Positions 28,026 to 36,466 of a DNA stretch of 64,000 nt are shown piece after piece. The notes below the pieces were generated by a model. That model was not told the DNA's origin, searched no databases, and saw nothing but the letters and a program-made list of their open reading frames with translations. Source of the DNA: an uncultured Rhodospirillaceae bacterium (GTDB taxonomy: Bacteria > Pseudomonadota > Alphaproteobacteria > SP197); the NCBI GenBank assembly GCA_937880925.1, contig CALGGB010000095.1:4782-68781 (forward strand), read 5' to 3'. Each line of letters begins with the position of its first letter. Position 1 is the first letter of the stretch. Both the position numbers and the translations under genes were made by a program.

Positions 28026-28150
28026 GGTCACATCCTTCCCTGTCCAGGTCACATGACAGCCTACCTGACAGGCTGCTGCAAGTCGCAGGTGGCCGTGCTA
28101 AATCTTGCCGTCCATGGGGACTATTCCCACAGTACGGAAAGGGCAGGGCG
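28026..28150. promoter_or_regulatory. Divergent promoter/leader region between the EctC-like operon (-) and the cupin/DoeB-like operon (+). Contains the dyad CAGCCT-N7-AGGCTG (28058-28076).
   Basis: Sequence inspection. The dyad lies 33-51 bp upstream of ATG 28025. Confidence 0.4.
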
Positions 28151-28498
28151 ATGGAGCTTCGAAGCCAGGGTGACTACGTGATCGACGGCACGGAAACCGT
28201 TGCCGAGGGTGCCGACATGATGGTCTCCATCCTCACCCTGGGGGCCGGTCAGTCTGTCCCCTGGCACTATCACACCGAGATCACCGACAGCTTTGTCTGT
28301 CTGGAAGGTGAGCTTGTGGTGGAGACGCGGGCGCCGCGCGCGACCCATGTGTTGGCGCCTGGCCAGCGCTGCGCCGTCGGCCCCAGGACCGCCCACCACG
28401 TCCATGGCCGCGACGGCGCGGCCTGCCGCTTCCTGATTATCCAGGGGGTCGGCGTCTATGACTATGTGGCTGCAGGAGGCCAGGCCGGGTCTGCTTGA
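28151..28498 (+). CDS. Cupin domain protein (small, single domain)
   Basis: 115 aa with cupin-2-like motifs (WHYHTEITDSFVCLEGEL...HHVHG). Confidence 0.55.
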   Translation: MELRSQGDYVIDGTETVAEGADMMVSILTLGAGQSVPWHYHTEITDSFVCLEGELVVETRAPRATHVLAPGQRCAVGPRTAHHVHGRDGAACRFLIIQGVGVYDYVAAGGQAGSA

Positions 28499-28549
28499 CT
28501 CCCATCCCCGCGCCTCCGACAAGGTGCCGGGTGATCGCTGGAGTTGCCG

Positions 28550-29689
28550 ATGTCGCACGAGGTCGAGACGATACCGCTGATGGCGCCCGGGCCGGGCACC
28601 AGCCGTGCGCTGACCGTGCATCGCTTCGGCACGCGTGGCCTCGGCCCTAAACTCTATTTCCAGGCGGCGCTGCACGCCGACGAGCTGCCCGGCACCCTGG
28701 TGCTCAATCACCTCATCGGCTGGCTGGCCAAGGCAGATGCACGCGGCGAGGTCATGGCCGACATCACCGTGCTGCCCTATGCCAATCCGGTGGGCCTGGC
28801 CAACCGCATCCACGGCTATCACCTGGGCCGCTACGACCTTGATGGCGACGGCAACTTCAACCGCTGGTATCCGCGCCTCTCCGAAAAGGTCGCCGACAGG
28901 ATCGGCAATCGCCTTGGCGACGATGAAGCCGAGAACCGCGCCATGATCCGCGCCGCCGCGCTGGAGGTGGTGGAGGACTGGCAGGCCGAGGGTGAGGCCA
29001 ACGTGCTGCGCAAGGCGCTGATGGCGCTCTCGGTCGATGCCGACATGATCTTCGACCTGCATTGCCACGGCGCCGCCGTGCAGTATGCCTACTTTCCTGA
29101 AGCGCAGTGGCAGGCCTACGGCGATCTCACTGCTGAACTCGGCTGCCGCGTCGTCCTGTTTTTTCCCACCGACGAGGGTTCGACCTTCGATGCCGTCGCC
29201 AGCGTGCTGATGCACGACCTGGCGGCCCGCTTCCCGGACCGCCCGATCCCGCCGCCGCCCTTCACCACGACCCTGGAGCTGCGCGGCCAGCAGGATGTCG
29301 GCGATGCCCTGGCCGAGGGCGATGCCCGCGCCATCCTGCGCTTCCTGCAGCGCCACGGCATGGTCGCGGGCGATCCCGGCCCGCCGCCCGAGCCCTTGTG
29401 CAAGCCGACGCCGCTGGAAGGTTCCGATACCCTTGTCGCGCCCTGCGCCGGGGTGATCTCCTACCGTGTGCCCCTGGGCGGAACCGTGAAGGCGGGCGAT
29501 GTCGTGGCCGATATCGTCGATCCCGCCGTTGCCGATTTTGCCGCAGCGCGCACGCCGGTCGCCACACGCACCGGCGGCATCGTCTATGGCCGCAACGTCT
29601 CCATGCTGGTGAAGCCCGGCCAGAGCTTTGCGGTGGTTGCGGGCGATCACGCCCTGCCGCCGCCCGAGCTGCCCCTGATCGACCACTGA
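28550..29689 (+). CDS. Succinylglutamate desuccinylase/aspartoacylase (AstE/AspA) family zinc deacylase, DoeB-like, paralog 1 of 3
   Basis: ATG 28550. Zn-ligand context AALHADELPG and DLHCHG. About 380 aa, typical of the family. N-acetyl-DABA deacetylase DoeB belongs to this family (established knowledge). Confidence 0.7.
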   Translation: MSHEVETIPLMAPGPGTSRALTVHRFGTRGLGPKLYFQAALHADELPGTLVLNHLIGWLAKADARGEVMADITVLPYANPVGLANRIHGYHLGRYDLDGDGNFNRWYPRLSEKVADRIGNRLGDDEAENRAMIRAAALEVVEDWQAEGEANVLRKALMALSVDADMIFDLHCHGAAVQYAYFPEAQWQAYGDLTAELGCRVVLFFPTDEGSTFDAVASVLMHDLAARFPDRPIPPPPFTTTLELRGQQDVGDALAEGDARAILRFLQRHGMVAGDPGPPPEPLCKPTPLEGSDTLVAPCAGVISYRVPLGGTVKAGDVVADIVDPAVADFAAARTPVATRTGGIVYGRNVSMLVKPGQSFAVVAGDHALPPPELPLIDH

Positions 29690-29696
29690 GGCGGCC

Positions 29697-30806
29697 GTGA
29701 CCCACGTCACCGAACGTTTCGATCTGCCCACCGCCACTCTGGGTACCGGCCGGCACCTGCTGGTCCATCGCTTCGGCACGGCGGGCGCGCGGCCCAAGGC
29801 CTATCTCCACGCCGGGCTTCATGCCGCGGAGCTGCCCGGCATCGTCGTGCTCGATCATCTGCTCGACCGCCTGAGTGAGGCCGATGCCGCGGGGCAGGTG
29901 ACGGGCGAGATCGTCGTCGTGCCGTTCGCCAATCCCATCGGCCTTGCCCAGCAGGTGCTGATGGAGGCCCAGGGCCGCTACGATCTCGACACCAACCGCA
30001 ACTACAATCGGGGTTTCCCCGATCTGGTCGACGGCGTGCTCGAACGTATCGAGGGCCGCCTGGGCGAAGACGGCGCGGCCAATGTCGCCGTCGTGCGCGC
30101 GGCCATGGCAGAGACGCTCGCCGCCCGGCGCGACAAACGCGAGCCCGAGGTGCTGAAGGCGACGCTGATGCGCCTTTCTTTCGACGCCGACATCGTGCTT
30201 GACCTGCATTCGGCCTGGGAGGCGTTGCTCCACGTTCTGGTCAGCGACAGCAACTGGCCGGATGCAGAGGACCTCACTCGCCAGATGGGGGCCGAGGTCG
30301 TGATGATCGATCGTGGCAACCGCATGATGACCTTCAAGTCCGCCCATGTCCTGGTCTGGAAGGCGGTCGCGGCGGCCTGGCCCGGCCTGCCGGTGCCGCC
30401 CGGCGCGCTCGCCGCCGTGGTCGAGCTGCGCGGTCAGCGCGATGTCGACGACCATCTCACGCGCCCGGATGCCGACGGCCTGTTCCACTTCCTGCAACGG
30501 CGCGGCCTGATCGCCGGCCATCCGGGCCCGCTGCCCGAAGCGCTGTGCCCCGCCCGTTCCAGCAAGGGGTTGTGGCGCCTGTTCGCCGAAACCTTCGGCA
30601 TCCTCGTCTATCACTGCGAGCTGGGCGATCGCGTGCGCGAGGGCGAAACGATCTGCCACATCGTCGACCCCGAGAGCCGCAGGCGCACGCCCGTGCCGGC
30701 GCCCATCGACGGCCTGCTCTACGCCCGCCGCAGCCATCGTTTCACCCGCCAGGGCCAGTACTTCTGCGCTATCGCCGGCGACATGCTGCACGAGACCGCG
30801 CCATGA
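29697..30806 (+). CDS. AstE/AspA family deacylase, DoeB-like, paralog 2
   Basis: GTG start. AGLHAAELPG and LDLHSAWEA motifs. Collinear with paralogs 1 and 3. Confidence 0.7.
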   Translation: MTHVTERFDLPTATLGTGRHLLVHRFGTAGARPKAYLHAGLHAAELPGIVVLDHLLDRLSEADAAGQVTGEIVVVPFANPIGLAQQVLMEAQGRYDLDTNRNYNRGFPDLVDGVLERIEGRLGEDGAANVAVVRAAMAETLAARRDKREPEVLKATLMRLSFDADIVLDLHSAWEALLHVLVSDSNWPDAEDLTRQMGAEVVMIDRGNRMMTFKSAHVLVWKAVAAAWPGLPVPPGALAAVVELRGQRDVDDHLTRPDADGLFHFLQRRGLIAGHPGPLPEALCPARSSKGLWRLFAETFGILVYHCELGDRVREGETICHIVDPESRRRTPVPAPIDGLLYARRSHRFTRQGQYFCAIAGDMLHETAP

Positions 30807-31930
30807 CCCATCGCATCGAGACCATCGCGCTCGATACGCCCTCGCCGGGCACGACGCGCCAGCTGATGGTCCACCGCTTCGGCCGCGGTGAAGGCCCGAA
30901 GGCCTACATCCAGGCTGCGATCCACGCCGGGGAGACACCGGCCCTGCTGGTGGCCCACCACCTGCTCGCTCTGCTCGAGAACGCCGACGTGCCGGGCGAG
31001 GTGGTGCTGGTGCCTTTTGCCAATCCCGTCGGTCTTGGCCAGCGGGTCCATGGCCGGCATCTGGGGCGCTACGACCTCGACAGCGGCGTCAACTTCAACC
31101 GCGACCTTCCGGACCTTTCCGAGGCGGTTGACGCTGCGGTGGGCGAGGGGCTGGGGAGCGACGCACCGATCAACGTCGCCATCGTGCGCGAGGCCATGGC
31201 CGAGGCGCTGGCCGGTCTGCGCATGGCGCGCGAGGGTTCGGTGCTGAAGGCGGCCCTGCTCGGCCTGGCCTGCGATGCCGACATCGTGCTCGACCTGCAC
31301 TGCGCCCAGCGCGCCCTGCTGCATCTTTTCGTCGATGCCGGCCTGTGGACCCAGGCCGCCGAGCTGCATGCCGATCTGGGCTGCGCCGTCACCCTGCTGG
31401 AGAGCGACACCGGCAGCGGCACTGCCTTCGACCACGCCTGCACGGTGGTCTGGCGCACCCTGCAGGCGCGCCACCCGGACAAGGCCATTCCCGACGCCTG
31501 CCTGGCAGCCACCGTGGAGCTGCGCGGCTTCAGCGATGTCGATGAGGACGTCGCAGCGACCGATGCCGAAAACATCCTGCGCTTCCTGCGCCGCAAGGGC
31601 GTGGTGGCGGGCGATGCCGGGCCGCTGCCGGAAGCCGTCGGCGAGGCTTATCCGCTGGAGACCGTGGGTTTTGCCGATGCGCCGGCCACCGGGATCGTCA
31701 CGTTCCGCGTGGCGCTCGGCGATCATGTCCGGCGCGGCGATGTGGTGGCCGAGATCGTCGATCCAGCCGCGCCCAGCGCGGCTGCCGCACGTACCCCCGT
31801 CACCAGCCCCACGGACGGCCTGGTCTATGAACTGGCCGACAGCCGCTTCCTCTGGGCCGGGCAGACCGTGTGCCATGTCGCGGGACGCGAACCCCTGGCG
31901 GATCAGCGCGCCAACCTGCTGGGCGACTAG
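30803..31930 (+). CDS. AstE/AspA family deacylase, DoeB-like, paralog 3
   Basis: ATG 30803 overlaps the upstream stop (ATGA). AAIHAGETPA and LDLHCAQRA motifs. Confidence 0.7.
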   Translation: MTHRIETIALDTPSPGTTRQLMVHRFGRGEGPKAYIQAAIHAGETPALLVAHHLLALLENADVPGEVVLVPFANPVGLGQRVHGRHLGRYDLDSGVNFNRDLPDLSEAVDAAVGEGLGSDAPINVAIVREAMAEALAGLRMAREGSVLKAALLGLACDADIVLDLHCAQRALLHLFVDAGLWTQAAELHADLGCAVTLLESDTGSGTAFDHACTVVWRTLQARHPDKAIPDACLAATVELRGFSDVDEDVAATDAENILRFLRRKGVVAGDAGPLPEAVGEAYPLETVGFADAPATGIVTFRVALGDHVRRGDVVAEIVDPAAPSAAAARTPVTSPTDGLVYELADSRFLWAGQTVCHVAGREPLADQRANLLGD

Positions 31931-32673
31931 GGCAGGGGCAGACCGGGCAGGTGGCGGGCGATCAGCGCTGCGAAGCTGCCATCCTCCCGCATCTGCGCCA
32001 GCGCGGCCTCGACCTCGGCGGCGGCTGCCGGATCGTGGGAGAGCGCCAGCGCAAGGCCATCGTCCTCCACCGCGATTCCCGGTCCCGCGAGCACCACGCC
32101 CTGGCCCAGCGGCGCATTGAGCAGGTCGCGCCACAGGATCAGGCCGTCGCCGAACACGGCATCCACGCTGCCGGTGTGGAGCGAGAGGAACATCTCCTCG
32201 TCATCGGCAAAGCGCTGCAGCCGTTCCAGGGGCAGGTGCGCCTCCAGCCACAGCGCGTGCGGCGTGCCGCGTATGACGCCGATCATCGCGCCGTCGTCCG
32301 CGAGCGGATCGCCCGCCCCCGCCGCATGGGCGAGCACCGCGTGCTGGGCCAGCAGCGGCAGGTAGGGCGAGCTCGCCGCGGTCCCCTGGCTGGCGAGCGT
32401 CACGGTCGAAAGCCCGCCGAAGCCGATGGCATAGCGGCCCTCGCGCAGACCGGAGATCAGATCGCTCCAGTCCGTCGCGACGACCAGGGTACAGCCATCC
32501 TCAAGGCGCGCGCACAGCGTCGCCACCAGATCGGGCTCGAGCCCGCCCAGGTGGCCGTCGTCCTGCACCACCGCTAGCGGCGGCTGTCCGCTGAGGCCGG
32601 CCACCACCACCGGCTCTGCGGCGGCGGGGCGGTCGGCTGCCAGCAGGGCGAGCAGCAGGAGGAGGGTACGCAT
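31927..32673 (-). CDS. Periplasmic solute-binding protein (family 3, polar amino acid type), orphan
   Basis: Signal peptide MRTLLLLLALLAADRPAAA. SBP_bac_3-like length and layout. Its TAG stop overlaps the stop of the convergent gene within CTAG. Confidence 0.5.
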   Translation of the reverse strand: MRTLLLLLALLAADRPAAAEPVVVAGLSGQPPLAVVQDDGHLGGLEPDLVATLCARLEDGCTLVVATDWSDLISGLREGRYAIGFGGLSTVTLASQGTAASSPYLPLLAQHAVLAHAAGAGDPLADDGAMIGVIRGTPHALWLEAHLPLERLQRFADDEEMFLSLHTGSVDAVFGDGLILWRDLLNAPLGQGVVLAGPGIAVEDDGLALALSHDPAAAAEVEAALAQMREDGSFAALIARHLPGLPLP

Positions 32674-32735
32674 CGCCCATTCTAACGCCGCGTCCGTCTC
32701 TGTGCTAAGCCGGTCGGATCAGCGGGGAGGGTGCG

Positions 32736-33482
32736 ATGGCGGCGGTGTACGATTTCACGGGGAAAACGGCGGTGGTGACCGGAGGGGCAAGCGGTATCGG
32801 CCTTGCTTGCGCCCGGCGTCTCCACGAGGCGGGTGCGCGCGTTGTCCTGTGGGACCGTGACGCGGCCGGGCTTGATGCTGCCGTGTCCGGTCTGGGCGAG
32901 GGGGTCGAGGCCATGGCCGTGGACGTCACCGACGAGGCCGCGGTCGCCGCTGCGGCCGATCAGGTGGCAAGCAGCGGCTCGGCGCAGATTCTCGTCAACA
33001 GCGCCGGCATCGGCGGCAGCGGCCAGCCGGTCTGGGAAGTCGACGTCGCGCTCTGGCGGCGCATGATCGAGATCAACCTCACCGGGCAGTTCCTCGTATG
33101 CCGTGCCCTGGCGCCGGGCATGATCGCTTCCCGTTGGGGCCGCATCGTCAACATCGCCTCGGTCGCAGGCAAGGAGGGCAACCCCAACGCCGCGGCCTAC
33201 AGCGCGTCCAAGGCCGGTCTCATCGGCCTCACCAAGTCCCTGGGCAAGGAACTGATCGGCACCGGCGTGCTCGCCAACTGCGTCTGCCCCGCCGTCATCG
33301 AAACCCCGATGATCCATCAGGTGACGCCCGAGCAGATGGTCTACATGACGGCGAAAATACCCATGGGCCGCCTCGGCCAGCCCGACGAGGTCGCCGCCCT
33401 GGTCGCCTGGCTCTCCAGCGAGGACTGCAGCTTCTCGACCGGCGGCGTCTACGACATCTCCGGCGGCCGCGCGACTTACTGA
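32736..33482 (+). CDS. SDR family oxidoreductase
   Basis: TGGASGIG cofactor motif and catalytic YSASKAG. Confidence 0.8.
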   Translation: MAAVYDFTGKTAVVTGGASGIGLACARRLHEAGARVVLWDRDAAGLDAAVSGLGEGVEAMAVDVTDEAAVAAAADQVASSGSAQILVNSAGIGGSGQPVWEVDVALWRRMIEINLTGQFLVCRALAPGMIASRWGRIVNIASVAGKEGNPNAAAYSASKAGLIGLTKSLGKELIGTGVLANCVCPAVIETPMIHQVTPEQMVYMTAKIPMGRLGQPDEVAALVAWLSSEDCSFSTGGVYDISGGRATY

Positions 33483-33505
33483 GGCAGACGGGCGGCGCTA
33501 CGCGC

Positions 33506-34939
33506 CTACACCGGGATCGGCGTGAAGTCGAAGTTGGGGCTGTCTAGGATGGCCCGGCGGCCGCCCAGTTCGGCGATCTTGGCTTCCTGGTCGGCGAAGG
33601 CCTGCGCATTCACCGCGTCGATGTCGCAGATTTCCGACAGCTTCGCCGCGCACATGGCGCGAACGTCTGCGTGCTCGGGGCTTTCGCCCAGATCGATCGC
33701 CTCGTGCGGATCGCTCGCCAGATCGTAGAGCTCGGGCGGGTAGCCCGGATAGGCGTTGTACTTCCAGTCGCCGACGCGGACCATGAACATGGCCGTGATC
33801 GAACCGCCGTCGTGGTACTCGCTGAGCACGCAGCGTCCGTGGCGCGCGCCGTTGGCGATGGCGACGAGATCGCGGCTGGGCAGGGCGCGGTCGCTTTCGG
33901 AGAGACCCAGCCCGCTGGCCTCCAGCACCGTGGCATGAATGTCGACCAGGGAGACCTGCTCGTCCTCCACCCGGTGCCCGCCGGGCACGCCGGGCCCCGC
34001 GACCACCATGGGAATCGCCGCGGATTCCTCGAACATGCAGCACTTGGTCCAGATGCCGTGGTTGCCGACGCAGTCGCCGTGGTCGCTGGTGTAGATGATC
34101 AGGGTGTTTTCCAACTGCCCGCTCGCCTCCAGTGCGGCCAGCACGTGGCCGATCTGGCGGTCGAGGAAGGAGACGAGGCCGAGGTAACTCGCCTTGGCGA
34201 CCAGCCGCGTGTGATCGTCGAAATAGTCGTCGTAGTTCATGTAGGCGCGCATCGCCGCGACCACCGGGTTCTTCGCCATCTCCCCGGGTTTGTTGAGGCG
34301 CGGCGGTTCCAGGCTGTCCAGCGGATAGAGGTCGTAGAACTGCTGGGGCACGATCAGCGGGTAGTGCGGGGAAACGAAGGAAGCATAAAGCGTCCACGGT
34401 TTGTCGAGACCCGGCGCCACCTTGGTCAGCCAGTCCACCATCTCGCGCTGCACCCGCATGTCGTAGCGGTTGTAGTCGCACAGGCCCGGCCCGATCTCCT
34501 CGACGAAATGCGCTGCGGCTCCCCAGGGCGAACCGTCGCGGCCGAGCAGCCCGCGCGTCCAGCCCAGGCCGCCCTTGACGTGGAGCGGCACGATCTCCTC
34601 GTCGAAACCGTTGTCGTCCTCTTCCGAGCGGTAGTGCAGCTTGCCGACCGAGACGCTGCGGCGGCCGCTCTCCTTCAGGCGATGCCCCCAGCCTTCGATG
34701 GAGCCGTCATAGGGCTGGGCGTTGGACCAGCAGCCGGTCTGGTGCACCCAGCGGCCCGTGGCCAGACTGGCGCGCGCGGGCACGCAGATGGGCGAGGGGG
34801 TGTAGGCCCTGGTGAACACCGTGCCGCGCGCGGCAAGCACGTCGAGGTTCGGCGTCTGTGCAATGTCGCTGCCGTAGAAACCAGCCATGTCGCGGGCGTG
34901 TTCGTCGGAGACGATGACGAGAACATTGCAGCCGTCCAT
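33506..34939 (-). CDS. Arylsulfatase (formylglycine-dependent sulfatase)
   Basis: Sulfatase signature C-V-P-A-R (SPICVPARASL) near the N-terminus. 477 aa. Confidence 0.8.
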   Translation of the reverse strand: MDGCNVLVIVSDEHARDMAGFYGSDIAQTPNLDVLAARGTVFTRAYTPSPICVPARASLATGRWVHQTGCWSNAQPYDGSIEGWGHRLKESGRRSVSVGKLHYRSEEDDNGFDEEIVPLHVKGGLGWTRGLLGRDGSPWGAAAHFVEEIGPGLCDYNRYDMRVQREMVDWLTKVAPGLDKPWTLYASFVSPHYPLIVPQQFYDLYPLDSLEPPRLNKPGEMAKNPVVAAMRAYMNYDDYFDDHTRLVAKASYLGLVSFLDRQIGHVLAALEASGQLENTLIIYTSDHGDCVGNHGIWTKCCMFEESAAIPMVVAGPGVPGGHRVEDEQVSLVDIHATVLEASGLGLSESDRALPSRDLVAIANGARHGRCVLSEYHDGGSITAMFMVRVGDWKYNAYPGYPPELYDLASDPHEAIDLGESPEHADVRAMCAAKLSEICDIDAVNAQAFADQEAKIAELGGRRAILDSPNFDFTPIPV

Positions 34940-34950
34940 CGCGTCCTCCT

Positions 34951-35685
34951 TCAGGAGCGGGCACGCAGGGCGTCGCGCACTGCGGTGGCCGGGTCCTCCC
35001 GCTCGCGCAGGTGGCCCGACAGCCGGTGCTCAACGATGCGGAAAATCCACAATACGCCATAGGTGACGGCCAGGTACATGAGGCCGGCGGTGATGTAGAT
35101 CTCGTAGACGTCGAAGGTGCGCGCCACGATCGTGCGCGCCACGCCGGTCAGGTCGAGCAGGGTGATGATCGAGACCAGCGAGGTCGACTGGAAAAGCTGG
35201 ATGACCTCGTTGGAATAGGCAGGCAACGCCAGGCGCAGCGCCTTGGGCAGGATGATGCGCCGGTAGAGCAGCCAGCCCGACATGCCGCAGGCCCGCGCCG
35301 CCTCGACCTCGCCATGGGGCACGGCCTGGATGGCGCCGCGGAAGATCTCGGCGGTGTAGGCCCCGGTGTTGAGCACCAGGGTGAGCAGGGCGCAGAAATA
35401 GGGCTCGCGGAACAGGTGCCAAAGGCCGATCTGCGTCAGTTCCTCGCGGAACTGGCCGCTGCCGTAGTAGATCAGGAAGATCTGCACCAGCAGCGGCGTG
35501 CCGCGGAAGAAGAAGATGAAGGCGATGACCGGGGCACGCACGAAGACGTTGCGCGAAACCCGCATCATGGCCACCGCGACCGCCAGGCAGAAGCCGATCA
35601 GCAGGGCGTAGGCGGTGAGTTCGATCGTCAGCCAGAGGCCGCCGAACATGGCGGGCAGGCTGTCGATGATGACCTGGGTGTCCAT
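34951..35685 (-). CDS. Polar amino acid ABC transporter permease (HisM/EhuD-like)
   Basis: 244 aa, multi-TM, polar-amino-acid permease family layout. Confidence 0.75.
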   Translation of the reverse strand: MDTQVIIDSLPAMFGGLWLTIELTAYALLIGFCLAVAVAMMRVSRNVFVRAPVIAFIFFFRGTPLLVQIFLIYYGSGQFREELTQIGLWHLFREPYFCALLTLVLNTGAYTAEIFRGAIQAVPHGEVEAARACGMSGWLLYRRIILPKALRLALPAYSNEVIQLFQSTSLVSIITLLDLTGVARTIVARTFDVYEIYITAGLMYLAVTYGVLWIFRIVEHRLSGHLREREDPATAVRDALRARS

Positions 35686-35689
35686 GGCG

Positions 35690-36379
35690 TCAGGCCCTCC
35701 TGACGCCGCGGTTGGCCCAGCGTTCGATCTGCTGCTGGCCGACCATGGAGACCGCGGTGATGCCGAGATACATCATCGCCGCGACGAAGAAGAAATCGAA
35801 CGGCAGCTTGGTGACACCCATCGCGATGAAGGACTTGCGCATCAGGTCGTCGAGCTGGATGACCGAGACCAGCGCCGTCGCCTTGATCAGCACCATCCAT
35901 ACGTTGCCGAGACCCGGCAGGGCAAAGCGCCAGATCTGGGGCAGCATGATGCGCCGGAAGGCCAGTCCCCTGGACATGCCGCAGGCATAGGCCGCCTCGA
36001 CCTGGCCCTTGGGCACCGCCAGGAAGGCGCCGCGGAATACCTCGGTGGCAAAGGCGCCGTAGATAAACCCCAGGGTGAGCACCCCGGCGGTGAAGGCATT
36101 GAAGTCGACGCGGATGTCGTGGCCCAGGCGCGCGGCCAGCGCCTGCAGCAGGGTCGGCGTGCCGTAGAACACGATCAGCAGCAGCAGCAGCTCGGGGATG
36201 CCGCGGATCACGGTGGTATAGGTGTTGGCCGCCAGTCTGGCCGCGGGGTTGCGCGCCAGCTTGCCCCAGGCCCCCAGCAGACCCATGACGATCGCCAGCA
36301 GCAGGGCGCAGACACCGACCTCCAGCGTCGTGGCGAGCCCCTCCCAGAGCATCCAGCCATAGCCCTTCAGGTCGAACAT
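35690..36379 (-). CDS. Polar amino acid ABC transporter permease (HisQ/EhuC-like)
   Basis: 229 aa, multi-TM, paralogous to the adjacent permease. Confidence 0.75.
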   Translation of the reverse strand: MFDLKGYGWMLWEGLATTLEVGVCALLLAIVMGLLGAWGKLARNPAARLAANTYTTVIRGIPELLLLLIVFYGTPTLLQALAARLGHDIRVDFNAFTAGVLTLGFIYGAFATEVFRGAFLAVPKGQVEAAYACGMSRGLAFRRIMLPQIWRFALPGLGNVWMVLIKATALVSVIQLDDLMRKSFIAMGVTKLPFDFFFVAAMMYLGITAVSMVGQQQIERWANRGVRRA

Positions 36380-36466
36380 GGGCAGCTCCGCCAGGAAAAC
36401 GAAGGGGGCGCCGCGGCCACCGGGATCTGGTGGCGCACGACGCCCCGGTCACGCATTACGTCAGGC

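Noticed and set aside
31927-31930. 4-bp overlap of convergent stop codons (CTAG) between DoeB-like paralog 3 and the family-3 SBP gene
   Set aside because: Palindromic TAG/CTA overlap is a trivial consequence of convergent genes, not a feature.
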